From IMG/VR virus record IMGVR_UViG_3300030438_000023, positions 1-40,338 of that record: 40,338 nt of DNA; one strand, written 5' to 3'. Below the pieces are notes generated by a model. That model saw nothing but the letters and a program-made list of their open reading frames with translations. It did no database searches and had not been told where the DNA came from. Below, one piece after another: positions 30,631 to 37,683 of this stretch. Each line of letters starts with the position of its first letter. Position 1 is the stretch's first letter. The position numbers and the translations under genes were made by a program. This stretch comes from a virus.

Positions 30631-30753
30631 ATGTACGAACGGCTTTTGGCATTGGGATTCACCGAGCAAATGGCGAGGGATATTTTGGTGCTGTTCCCCG
30701 AGCCGGACGAGCTGCGCACCTATGTTTATTTCGCGGAGCTGCTGCATGTATAG
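30631..30753 (+). CDS. small hypothetical protein (40 aa)
   Basis: ATG 30631 lies 8 nt after AAGGAGG. The upstream part of track ORF 30472..30753 has no SD and looks non-coding. Confidence 0.45.
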   Translation: MYERLLALGFTEQMARDILVLFPEPDELRTYVYFAELLHV

Positions 30754-31126
30754 CTATTATAATCCGTCGCCTTATGGAAAGAACGTGGGGGACTGCACCG
30801 TTCGGGCGATCTCCAAAGCGACCGGGAAAGACTGGGGCGAAACGTATCTCGCGCTCGCCATACAAGGCTACTTAGACGGTGACATGCCGTCGGCCAATGC
30901 GACCTGGGGCGCGTATCTGCACTCCCTCGGTTATCGGCGCTACATCGTGCCGGACACCTGCCCGCTGTGCTATACCGTCGAGCAGTTTGCGGACGAGCAT
31001 CCGGCAGGCACATACATTTTAGCCCTGTCCGGTCATGTGGTGTGCGTGCAGGACGGGACGATCTTTGACTCGTGGGACAGCAGCAATGAGACTGTGATTT
31101 ATTTTTGGGTAAAGGAGACTGAATGA
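30746..31126 (+). CDS. hypothetical protein with papain-like Cys/His/Asp pattern
   Basis: 126 aa. GDCTVRA (Cys), SGHVVCV (His) and FDSWDS (Asp) occur in the order expected for a small cysteine-peptidase fold. Family not verified. Confidence 0.4.
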   Translation: MYSYYNPSPYGKNVGDCTVRAISKATGKDWGETYLALAIQGYLDGDMPSANATWGAYLHSLGYRRYIVPDTCPLCYTVEQFADEHPAGTYILALSGHVVCVQDGTIFDSWDSSNETVIYFWVKETE

Positions 31127-31127
31127 C

Positions 31128-31559
31128 ATGGCTTTTAATCCGTACTATCAAAACCCTTATTATCCACAGCCGATGCCGGATAACCTTATGCAGATGCGGC
31201 AGCAGCAGATGATGCAGCCTGCTCCGCCTCCCATGCCGCAAAATCCTGTTGCGACCGGCGGCGTGCAATGGGTGAGCAGCGAGCAGGAGGCGAGAGGCTA
31301 CCTGATCGCGCCCAACTCCGCCGTAGCGCTGTGGGATTCCACCGCTCCAACTGTGTACCTCAAGCAGTCCGACGCAAGCGGCAAGCCAACGCTCAAGATT
31401 TACGACCTCGTAGAGCGCGCAGAAACGCCCCGTACGGCTCCGCAGGAAAAGGGCGTGGAATTTGTCACCCGCGAGGAGTTCGACCGTCTGGCGGCGCTTG
31501 TGGGCGAAATAAAGGGCAAGAAGAAGCGTAAGGTCGAGGAGGACGAGGACGATGAGTAA
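31128..31559 (+). CDS. hypothetical protein, Q/P/Y-rich N-terminus, charged C-terminus
   Basis: 143 aa. The N-terminus is NPYYQNPYYPQPMP..QQQMMQP. The core contains WVSSEQEARGYLIAPNSAVALWD. The tail is KGKKKRKVEEDEDDE. Confidence 0.55.
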   Translation: MAFNPYYQNPYYPQPMPDNLMQMRQQQMMQPAPPPMPQNPVATGGVQWVSSEQEARGYLIAPNSAVALWDSTAPTVYLKQSDASGKPTLKIYDLVERAETPRTAPQEKGVEFVTREEFDRLAALVGEIKGKKKRKVEEDEDDE

Positions 31560-31770
31560 TCCCTTTATGACCGCGCTTGGCGGCGGGCAAATGCCGGGGC
31601 CGGTAGGCCAGTTCCAGCGCATGATGCAGCAGTTCCAGCAGTTCAAGGCGAATTTTCAAGGTGACCCAAAAGCGGAGGTCGAAAAGCTCTTGCAAAGCGG
31701 CAAACTCTCGCAGGCGCAGTTAAACCAGTTACAGCAGATGGCAAAGCAGTTTCAAAGCCTGATGCAGTAA
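31552..31770 (+). CDS. hypothetical Q-rich protein (72 aa)
   Basis: Overlaps the upstream gene by 8 nt. Contains QFQRMMQQFQQFKANFQGDPKAEVEKLLQSGKLSQAQLNQLQQMAKQFQ. Confidence 0.55.
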   Translation: MSNPFMTALGGGQMPGPVGQFQRMMQQFQQFKANFQGDPKAEVEKLLQSGKLSQAQLNQLQQMAKQFQSLMQ

Positions 31771-31836
31771 TCATCAACATAAATCAACATCGTGGCCACG
31801 ATTTGATGAATAAAAATTTTTCAAAGGAGTGATACT

Positions 31837-32610
31837 ATGTCTCTTTCTGACGGCGGCGTTCAGGCCACTATGCCTGTTGCGCCAACCGGCATGATGAACA
31901 GCGGCTTTGGCGGCTTCGGCGGTGATGGCGCGTGGTGGATCATCATTCTTTTCCTGTTTGTTTTCTGCGGCTGGGGCGGCAATGGCTGGGGCAACAACGG
32001 CAATTCCGGCGGCGTGGTCGACGGCTATGTGCTGACCTCTGATTTTGCCAATGTCGAGCGCAAGATCGACAGTGTAAATCAGGGCCTTTGCGACGGATTC
32101 TACCAGCAGGCGCAGCTTGTCAACGGCACTAACATGGCGATGGCAAACGGCTTTGCACAGTCCGAGCTGTCCCGCGCAAACCAGCAGGCGGCGCTGATGC
32201 AGCAGCTCAACGCCATGCAGATGCAGGCCGCGAATTGCTGCTGCGAAAACCGTGCGGCTATCGCGCAGGTGCGCTATGACATGGCGACGCAGGCGTGCGA
32301 CACGCGCAACACCGTGCAGAACGCCACGCGCGACATCATTGACGCGATGAACAGCGGGTTCCGCGGCATCGACCAGCGTCTAACCGCGCAGGAGATCGCT
32401 GCGAAGGACGCGAAGATTGCTGAACAGAACCAGCGTCTTTTTGCTGCTGACCTCGCGGCCTCTCAGGCTGCTCAGACGCTTGATATGCGCAACTATGTTA
32501 GCGCACAGTTCGCGTATTACAACCCGCGCCCCGTTCCTTCTTTTGAGGTTCCTGCACCTTATCAGTACGGGGGTTGCGGCTGCGGCTGCAATCAGGGCTG
32601 CGGCTGCTGA
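31837..32610 (+). CDS. membrane-anchored coiled-coil protein with Cys-rich C-terminus
   Basis: 257 aa. G/M-rich N-terminus, one TM (AWWIIILFLFVFCGW), an N/G-rich spacer, a Q/A-rich helical region containing CCC, and a tail YGGCGCGCNQGCGC. Followed by a terminator. Confidence 0.6.
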   Translation: MSLSDGGVQATMPVAPTGMMNSGFGGFGGDGAWWIIILFLFVFCGWGGNGWGNNGNSGGVVDGYVLTSDFANVERKIDSVNQGLCDGFYQQAQLVNGTNMAMANGFAQSELSRANQQAALMQQLNAMQMQAANCCCENRAAIAQVRYDMATQACDTRNTVQNATRDIIDAMNSGFRGIDQRLTAQEIAAKDAKIAEQNQRLFAADLAASQAAQTLDMRNYVSAQFAYYNPRPVPSFEVPAPYQYGGCGCGCNQGCGC

Positions 32611-32691
32611 CAACTGCATAGCATAGCTTTTTGTTGGCGATTTTGTTGACGTCAACAAAATGTTCGGCCCCGTGCCGATACTGACAACAAC

Positions 32692-32724
32692 GCGGCGGGG
32701 CTATTGCCTCGCCGCTGTATTTTT
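32692..32724 (+). terminator. rho-independent terminator
   Basis: 9-bp stem GCGGCGGGG/CCTCGCCGC (one G.U pair), loop CTATTG, then TGTATTTTT. Confidence 0.7.
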
Positions 32725-32740
32725 AGAAAGGACTGAACTC

Positions 32741-32956
32741 ATGAAAACGATTGACGAGCTGAAACAAGAATTTGTAGACCATCTTGCTGCTATGGATAAG
32801 TCCGAAATGAGCATGGTCGAACTCGCAAACTATGCCGATCTGCTGCATAAGGCGGACGCTCTTTTCAAGCCAAGCTATACAGATGTACTTGCATCCGGCT
32901 TCATTCCCCCTTTTGCGGCAACTACTTGGAAAAAGGAGGAGAAGAAAAATGGCTGA
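32741..32956 (+). CDS. hypothetical protein (71 aa)
   Basis: ATG 32741. The upstream part of track ORF 32660..32956 crosses the terminator. Helical and acidic. Confidence 0.5.
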   Translation: MKTIDELKQEFVDHLAAMDKSEMSMVELANYADLLHKADALFKPSYTDVLASGFIPPFAATTWKKEEKKNG

Positions 32957-33371
32957 ATATAGTAATTCCACTATTGTTTCTGTTGCTGCTGGGCAAAACG
33001 TCCCGCTGACCGAAACGGCGGTCAACAGCAAGCCCTGTATCGTGCATCGCCAGGGCGCAGGCATTGTCACGCTGCGCGGCCTCACCAATCAAAACCGCGC
33101 CCTGTTTCGGGTCTCCTTTGGCGGCAACATCGCTATTCCCACCGGAGGCACGGTTGAGGCCATCACGGCGGCGCTTGCCATCAACGGAGAGCCGTTGACC
33201 AGTGCAACGGCGACTGTCACGCCTGCGGCGGTAGAGAACTACTTTAACATTTATGTTTCCGCACAGGTCTGCGTCCCGAAAGGCTGCTGCCTGACGGTCG
33301 CAATGGAAAACACCAGCACTCAGGCCGTCAACTTCGCCAACTCGAACCTGACGGTTGAGAGAATCGCGTGA
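32949..33371 (+). CDS. beta-sandwich protein resembling BclA C-terminal / C1q-TNF-like domains
   Basis: 140 aa, ATG follows AAGGAGGAG. Alternating beta-strand pattern ..GIVTLRG....ALFRVSFGGNIA.P.GG....ITAALAINGEPL......VTP......FNIYVSAQVCVP.GCCLTVAMENTS...VNFANSNLTVERIA. Confidence 0.4.
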   Translation: MAEYSNSTIVSVAAGQNVPLTETAVNSKPCIVHRQGAGIVTLRGLTNQNRALFRVSFGGNIAIPTGGTVEAITAALAINGEPLTSATATVTPAAVENYFNIYVSAQVCVPKGCCLTVAMENTSTQAVNFANSNLTVERIA

Positions 33372-33384
33372 AAGGAGAATGGAC

Positions 33385-33810
33385 ATGAGTAAGAAAGCAA
33401 TGTATGAGCTTCGCAATATGCTGTGCGACGAACTCGACGAACTGGCGCGCAAGGGCGATCTGGGTGCGGGCGACCTTGAGATCGCGCACAAGCTAACCGA
33501 CACCATCAAGAACATCGACAAGATCGAGATGATGGAGGACGACGGTTATTCTCGCGACGGAGACTATTCGCGTCGCTATTCCCGCGATGGTGATTATTCC
33601 CGCGGCGGCGACTGGCAGGCCGATATGCGCGGCACTTACGGCAGGGGCAGCTCCTATGCTCGCCGCGGCACGCATTACGTCCGCGGGCACTACAGCCGCG
33701 CCGACAGCATGGAGCACCTGCGCGAGCAGATCAACGACATGATGCGCGAGACGGACGACGACCGCGTAAAGGAAGCGCTGCGGCGTGCCGCGAGCTTGAT
33801 GGAGGAATAA
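33385..33810 (+). CDS. hypothetical protein with YSRDGDYSR repeats
   Basis: 141 aa. Helical N- and C-termini flank a D/G/Y/S/R-rich middle (DDGYSRDGDYSRRYSRDGDYSRGGDW...). ATG 33385 lies 7 nt after AAAGGAG. Confidence 0.55.
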   Translation: MSKKAMYELRNMLCDELDELARKGDLGAGDLEIAHKLTDTIKNIDKIEMMEDDGYSRDGDYSRRYSRDGDYSRGGDWQADMRGTYGRGSSYARRGTHYVRGHYSRADSMEHLREQINDMMRETDDDRVKEALRRAASLMEE

Positions 33811-33824
33811 GGGGGTGCGTCCCC

Positions 33825-34160
33825 TTGATCGACGAAAACGAGGTCAATCTGTGGATATCGCGGCTTGAGACGGAGGAATCGAGTTGGCCCAATTACCAGA
33901 AGCTGGCGGCGCTGTACATCATCCAAAATCAAAACGCGGCCAAAGAACCGGAAAGACCGATGTTGTATTCGGCATCTCCGGCGCCGGTCAAAGCCTATGC
34001 GTCTGAAAAAGTAGGCAGCTACGGCGACAGCGATTTTTTGCAGGCCGTCTCCGACATGGCCCCGGCAAGAGCGTGGGAGGTCATGGACGAGCTGATGGAC
34101 AGCCTTAAAATCGTCAACGAGCGCGTGTACAACAGCGTAATGCGGAAGCTCGAAAAATGA
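33825..34160 (+). CDS. hypothetical protein (111 aa)
   Basis: TTG start follows AAGGGGGTG. Contains ..YGDSDFLQAVSDMAPARAWEVMDELMDSLKIVNERVYNSVMRKL, a pattern I recall as recurrent in Firmicutes phages. Function unknown. Confidence 0.5.
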   Translation: MIDENEVNLWISRLETEESSWPNYQKLAALYIIQNQNAAKEPERPMLYSASPAPVKAYASEKVGSYGDSDFLQAVSDMAPARAWEVMDELMDSLKIVNERVYNSVMRKLEK

Positions 34161-34164
34161 GAAT

Positions 34165-34194
34165 ACCCCCGTCGTAAGGCGGGGGTGTTCTTTT
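34165..34194 (+). terminator. rho-independent terminator ending the cargo module
   Basis: Stem ACCCCCG/CGGGGGT, 8-nt loop, then GTTCTTTT. Confidence 0.7.
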
Positions 34195-34234
34195 GGGCAT
34201 AATTAACCTTTGGGAACACCAAGGGCAAATATGC

Positions 34235-35533
34235 CTAACGGGGCGTTACAAAAAACGCGCCGTCGTCATCTGCGTCAATTCTCCGGATAAAGCGCGTCCA
34301 AAATTCCTTTTTTTCTTCCCGGGAGTAAGTGTCATATTCAGCAAGTCCATTTCGCAGCGCGTCAAGGTTTGTTTTCGGCTTTTCCTCTACCGCTTCAAGG
34401 GATTTTTTCAAGCTCGCATACTCCTGCTTGTATTCGTCCAGCTCGATCAAGTCGTTAAGATAAAGCGTTTTCAGTTTGCTCATTTTCTTTCGTATCGCGT
34501 CCGCGCTTTGCGTGGGCTTTTTTTCTGCCTTTTTGTAATAGCGATTGTTTCGCTCGGCAATCCCTTCAAGCTCATGCAATAAATAATCTTCCAGCGCGTC
34601 TTCGCGGATCCTCTTTTTGTGCTGGCACGCGGAATTGTCGAGCATGCGGGTCCTGCAACGGTAGTATGTATAAATCTGCTTTGCCGTTTCCGATTGCATC
34701 GTTTTCCCACACTCTTTGCAATGCAACAAGCCGGAGAACAGATAAACGCGATCTGTCTCAACTCCTGCGCAGCGCTGCGACCGCTGGCGGAGAATATCAT
34801 TTACGATGTCGAAATCCTGCTTGCTTATTAGGGCGGGGCAAGCGTTCTCGATGCCGTACACCTCGCCGATATAAAGCCGGTTCCGGAAATAGTTTACATA
34901 TTTGGTATACGCCCTGTCAATGCCCCACGTCTCGAGCATATACTTCTTTACGCCCAGCACGCTTTGCAGTCTGATATACGCCGCAAACATATCTCGTGCG
35001 GCATCTGCCATATCGTTATCAATCTGGTATTGCCTGTCCTTAACAATATACCCTAAAGGCGCTTTAGACCCTGCAGGTTGGCCCTTTGCCCGTTTTCCGT
35101 CGTTGATAAATTTGATCCGCTCGCTTGTGCGGTCGGCCTCGTCCTGCGCGACGGAAAGCATGATATTGACCTTCAATCGCCCGGACGCGGTGCGCGTCTC
35201 GTAGTCCTCTTCCGTCGCTTGCCATGTCACGCCGTATTTGTCAAGCTGTGTCTGTACATCGTAGTATCCCGCGACGTTGCGGAACCAGCGATCGAGTTTA
35301 ATAAACAAGATCGTGTCTATTTTCCCCGCTTTGCAATCGTCCAGCAGCCGCAGAAGCGCAGGGCGCTTTTTGTACGGCTTTCGCGCGGATATTCCCGCGT
35401 CCTCATATATGCCAACCACGGTCATTTCATTCGCTTTGGCATACCTTGTCAGCGCGTCACGTTGCTCTTGTAATGATAGCCCATGCCGCGCCTGCTCCTC
35501 GCTCGAGACGCGGATATACAATGCCGCTCTCAT
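34235..35533 (-). CDS. int: large serine recombinase (integrase)
   Basis: N-terminal resolvase domain MRAALYIRVSSEEQ...GLSL..Q, followed by a recombinase domain and a zinc ribbon (LLHCKECG...YYRCR) and a coiled-coil tail. ATG 35533 follows GGAGGGGGG. Confidence 0.9.
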   Translation of the reverse strand: MRAALYIRVSSEEQARHGLSLQEQRDALTRYAKANEMTVVGIYEDAGISARKPYKKRPALLRLLDDCKAGKIDTILFIKLDRWFRNVAGYYDVQTQLDKYGVTWQATEEDYETRTASGRLKVNIMLSVAQDEADRTSERIKFINDGKRAKGQPAGSKAPLGYIVKDRQYQIDNDMADAARDMFAAYIRLQSVLGVKKYMLETWGIDRAYTKYVNYFRNRLYIGEVYGIENACPALISKQDFDIVNDILRQRSQRCAGVETDRVYLFSGLLHCKECGKTMQSETAKQIYTYYRCRTRMLDNSACQHKKRIREDALEDYLLHELEGIAERNNRYYKKAEKKPTQSADAIRKKMSKLKTLYLNDLIELDEYKQEYASLKKSLEAVEEKPKTNLDALRNGLAEYDTYSREEKKEFWTRFIRRIDADDDGAFFVTPR

Positions 35534-35949
35534 CGAACCCCCCTCCAAAATCCGTAATCTATGCAATGGAAATCGATATACACGCACCACGCAGCGAGAA
35601 AAACGGTGATGAGGAACAATATAGCAATCACGCCGTTTCGGATACGCACGCCGCGCCGCATGATCTCAATCATGTCCGCTTTTGCGTCAACATGGCGTTC
35701 CAGCTCATCGTTGCGCGCCTGCAATGTCTCCTCGTTCCTGGTCAACCGTTCGGAAATCCCGAACGCTTCATCAAGCGATATTCCAAGCGCTTTGCAGATC
35801 GGCGCGACGGTGTAGATGGACGGAGATTTCGAAAACTTGGAAAAGAAGTTCTGCACGGTGGACAGCGGTACGCCGGAAGCGTCGGAAATGTCTTGATAGG
35901 TCAGTTTCAATTCTTCTTTACGGATTCTACACACTTCTTGAATATTCAT
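35530..35949 (-). CDS. XRE-type HTH protein with C-terminal transmembrane segment
   Basis: HTH LTYQDISDASGVPLSTVQNFFS, coiled coil, then TM VIAILFLITVFLAAWCVYI. Its stop overlaps the integrase ATG (ATGA). Confidence 0.65.
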   Translation of the reverse strand: MNIQEVCRIRKEELKLTYQDISDASGVPLSTVQNFFSKFSKSPSIYTVAPICKALGISLDEAFGISERLTRNEETLQARNDELERHVDAKADMIEIMRRGVRIRNGVIAILFLITVFLAAWCVYIDFHCIDYGFWRGVR

Positions 35950-36114
35950 TTACGCCACCTTAATTTTTTCCGATTTTCGCGCCGCAAAGTCGCAAGATAA
36001 GGTCTTGTCGAGCCATGTCGAGCGCTGTTTTATTGCAAGGCTTCGGCATTGAATTACCAAGCCAAAGTGGGCTACGGTAAAGACAAGCAGCGGCGGCCGA
36101 TCCCCGCTGTCTGC

Positions 36115-36152
36115 AAAAAAGCCCTCGCCGTTGTTGCAGAGGCGGCGAGGGC
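36115..36152 (-). terminator. rho-independent terminator (minus strand)
   Basis: 10-bp stem GCCCTCGCCG/CGGCGAGGGC, followed on the minus strand by TTTTTT (plus strand 36115-36120 AAAAAA). Confidence 0.7.
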
Positions 36153-36300
36153 TAACCTTACTTCATACCAAGGAGCTTGCCAAGTTTTCTTTGCCGCCCT
36201 GCTTTGGTCGTTGGGATCCCAGTTCCTTTTGAAATTTTCCTTTTCATCTTCGTGATTCCGAGCGCACGTTTCCAACTAAAGGACAGGCCGGGGATCTTCA

Positions 36301-36771
36301 TTATTGATTCACCACCCTTTCAACTTTTTCAATCATCTTAGCACATAGATCGCGCCCATGCTTGAGACTTTCTTCCGGCATTTGGTCGGCATACTCGTCA
36401 ACGATAGCCGCGATGCTTTGAGCCTTTTTTACCTGCCCGCGAGATAGGCCGAAAATATGCACAGTTTCTTTTTGGATGTACCGAGAAAGAAAACTGTTTG
36501 TATGGGTAGCCTTTTCGTTTTGTAGCATTTTGGCGCATTCGTTCGGGGAAACCCTTCCACCAGCCATACACTTAGTATCGCCACCTGCGACCTCTGCTAT
36601 CTGCGCTACGGTTTGCTCTGCAAGCTTGTACCGGGAAAAGTATGTTTCGATGTTATCCGTATTGGCAATGATGCGAATGCAGTCGGCAAATATTTGCGAT
36701 TGACGCTTAACAAAGGCAGTTTCCGCAGCGGTCATTTTTTTCTTGCCGAAAAGCGAGCCTAAAATACCCAT
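36301..36771 (-). CDS. hypothetical protein (156 aa), lysogeny-region accessory gene
   Basis: Clean minus-strand ORF with lower GC. No family recognised. Confidence 0.6.
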   Translation of the reverse strand: MGILGSLFGKKKMTAAETAFVKRQSQIFADCIRIIANTDNIETYFSRYKLAEQTVAQIAEVAGGDTKCMAGGRVSPNECAKMLQNEKATHTNSFLSRYIQKETVHIFGLSRGQVKKAQSIAAIVDEYADQMPEESLKHGRDLCAKMIEKVERVVNQ

Positions 36772-36877
36772 TTACGCTTCCCCAATCTTTTGCAAATATT
36801 ATTATTTTGTTGCACAGCGCCGTGCAGCAAACGCCTGTTGTGGGAATAGATATAAATACCGAAAAGGAGGTCGAAGC

Positions 36878-37030
36878 ATGGACGCACAGGTGCAAGCGGC
36901 GGTGGCGCTTTATCTGCTCCTAACGCCGAAGCAGAAAGACGAAATGCTCGCGCTGATTGAGCGCATCCTCGCGGAAGAGGAGCGAAAAATAGCCTTAGAG
37001 CTAAACGGAGGGAAGCAAGATGTTGTGTAA
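36878..37030 (+). CDS. small hypothetical protein (50 aa)
   Basis: ATG follows AAAAGGAGG. First of three coupled small ORFs on the + strand. Confidence 0.45.
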   Translation: MDAQVQAAVALYLLLTPKQKDEMLALIERILAEEERKIALELNGGKQDVV

Positions 37031-37142
37031 TGACGCGAAATGTGATACAATAAAGTATCAAGAAATGCTAGAAGAAGCCTTTGACCTGATACAAAAGTTA
37101 TCCGACGAACAACTTCAAAAAATCATGGAGGCTCTAAAATGA
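37020..37142 (+). CDS. small hypothetical protein (40 aa)
   Basis: ATG 37020 follows GGAGGGAAG and overlaps the upstream gene by 11 nt. Confidence 0.4.
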   Translation: MLCNDAKCDTIKYQEMLEEAFDLIQKLSDEQLQKIMEALK

Positions 37143-37315
37143 AAATTTGGGCGATCAGTAAAGAAAAAGGCGCCGAGTATGAAATCGGTCTGGAATGTGA
37201 CGGCATGGATCGCGAGACCGCAATGACCGAGCTTTACCGAATGGCGCGAAACCTGTTTACCGGGGAACTTGAAATGTTCTGGAAAGAGGGCGAAGCCGGA
37301 AAGGCCGCATTTTAA
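37139..37315 (+). CDS. small hypothetical protein (58 aa)
   Basis: ATGA-coupled start. Its 3' end overlaps the convergent gene 37312..37683 by 4 nt. Confidence 0.4.
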   Translation: MKIWAISKEKGAEYEIGLECDGMDRETAMTELYRMARNLFTGELEMFWKEGEAGKAAF

Positions 37316-37683
37316 CCGTTGGCTTTCCGCTTGCACTCGATCACGGCATTTAACTGCTTCAAGATCGCGTCACAATTTGGGCTGAACCGCTCTATCAATC
37401 CGCTGAGTTTGTCAATTTCGACCGCTATTCCCCCGGTTGCCTTTGCCCGATAAACGGCGACGGCATCGGTCGCGGCATGGAAATCATTCGGAGACGGGTA
37501 TTTTGCGTAAAGGGAAACGGCAGATACCATTTTGTCAAAATCGGCATCGCAGGCCGTTTCCTTTTCGTGCGCCCATATTGTTTGCAGCTTCTTTATTTCT
37601 GCCTTTGCCGCCTGTTTTGCAACGACCCATGCGACAATGCCGGAAATAGCAGCACAGCCGAGTGAAATGATGATTTCTTTCAT
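37312..37683 (-). CDS. membrane-anchored hypothetical protein (123 aa)
   Basis: N-terminal TM IIISLGCAAISGIVAWVVA. ATGA-coupled to the CI-like gene upstream. Confidence 0.6.
   Translation of the reverse strand: MKEIIISLGCAAISGIVAWVVAKQAAKAEIKKLQTIWAHEKETACDADFDKMVSAVSLYAKYPSPNDFHAATDAVAVYRAKATGGIAVEIDKLSGLIERFSPNCDAILKQLNAVIECKRKANG

Noticed and set aside
31500-31559. KKKRKV motif (identical to the SV40 NLS core) in the C-terminal tail of the 143-aa cargo protein
   Set aside because: It is a short basic stretch in a charged tail, most likely coincidental. Nothing else suggests a eukaryotic target.
30726-31646. 306-codon minus-strand ORF opposite the cargo genes. Similar cases: 13146..13970, 2029..2724, 39043..39696, 10264..10785
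   Set aside because: All are antisense or out-of-frame shadows in GC-rich DNA. Their composition is implausible, they lack ribosome-binding sites, and they conflict with tightly coupled + strand genes.
36072-36275. 67-codon minus-strand ORF downstream of 36301..36771
   Set aside because: It reads straight through the strong minus-strand terminator hairpin at 36115-36152. Only the shorter 29-codon ORF (36247->36158), in another frame, stops before the terminator, and even that has a weak SD.
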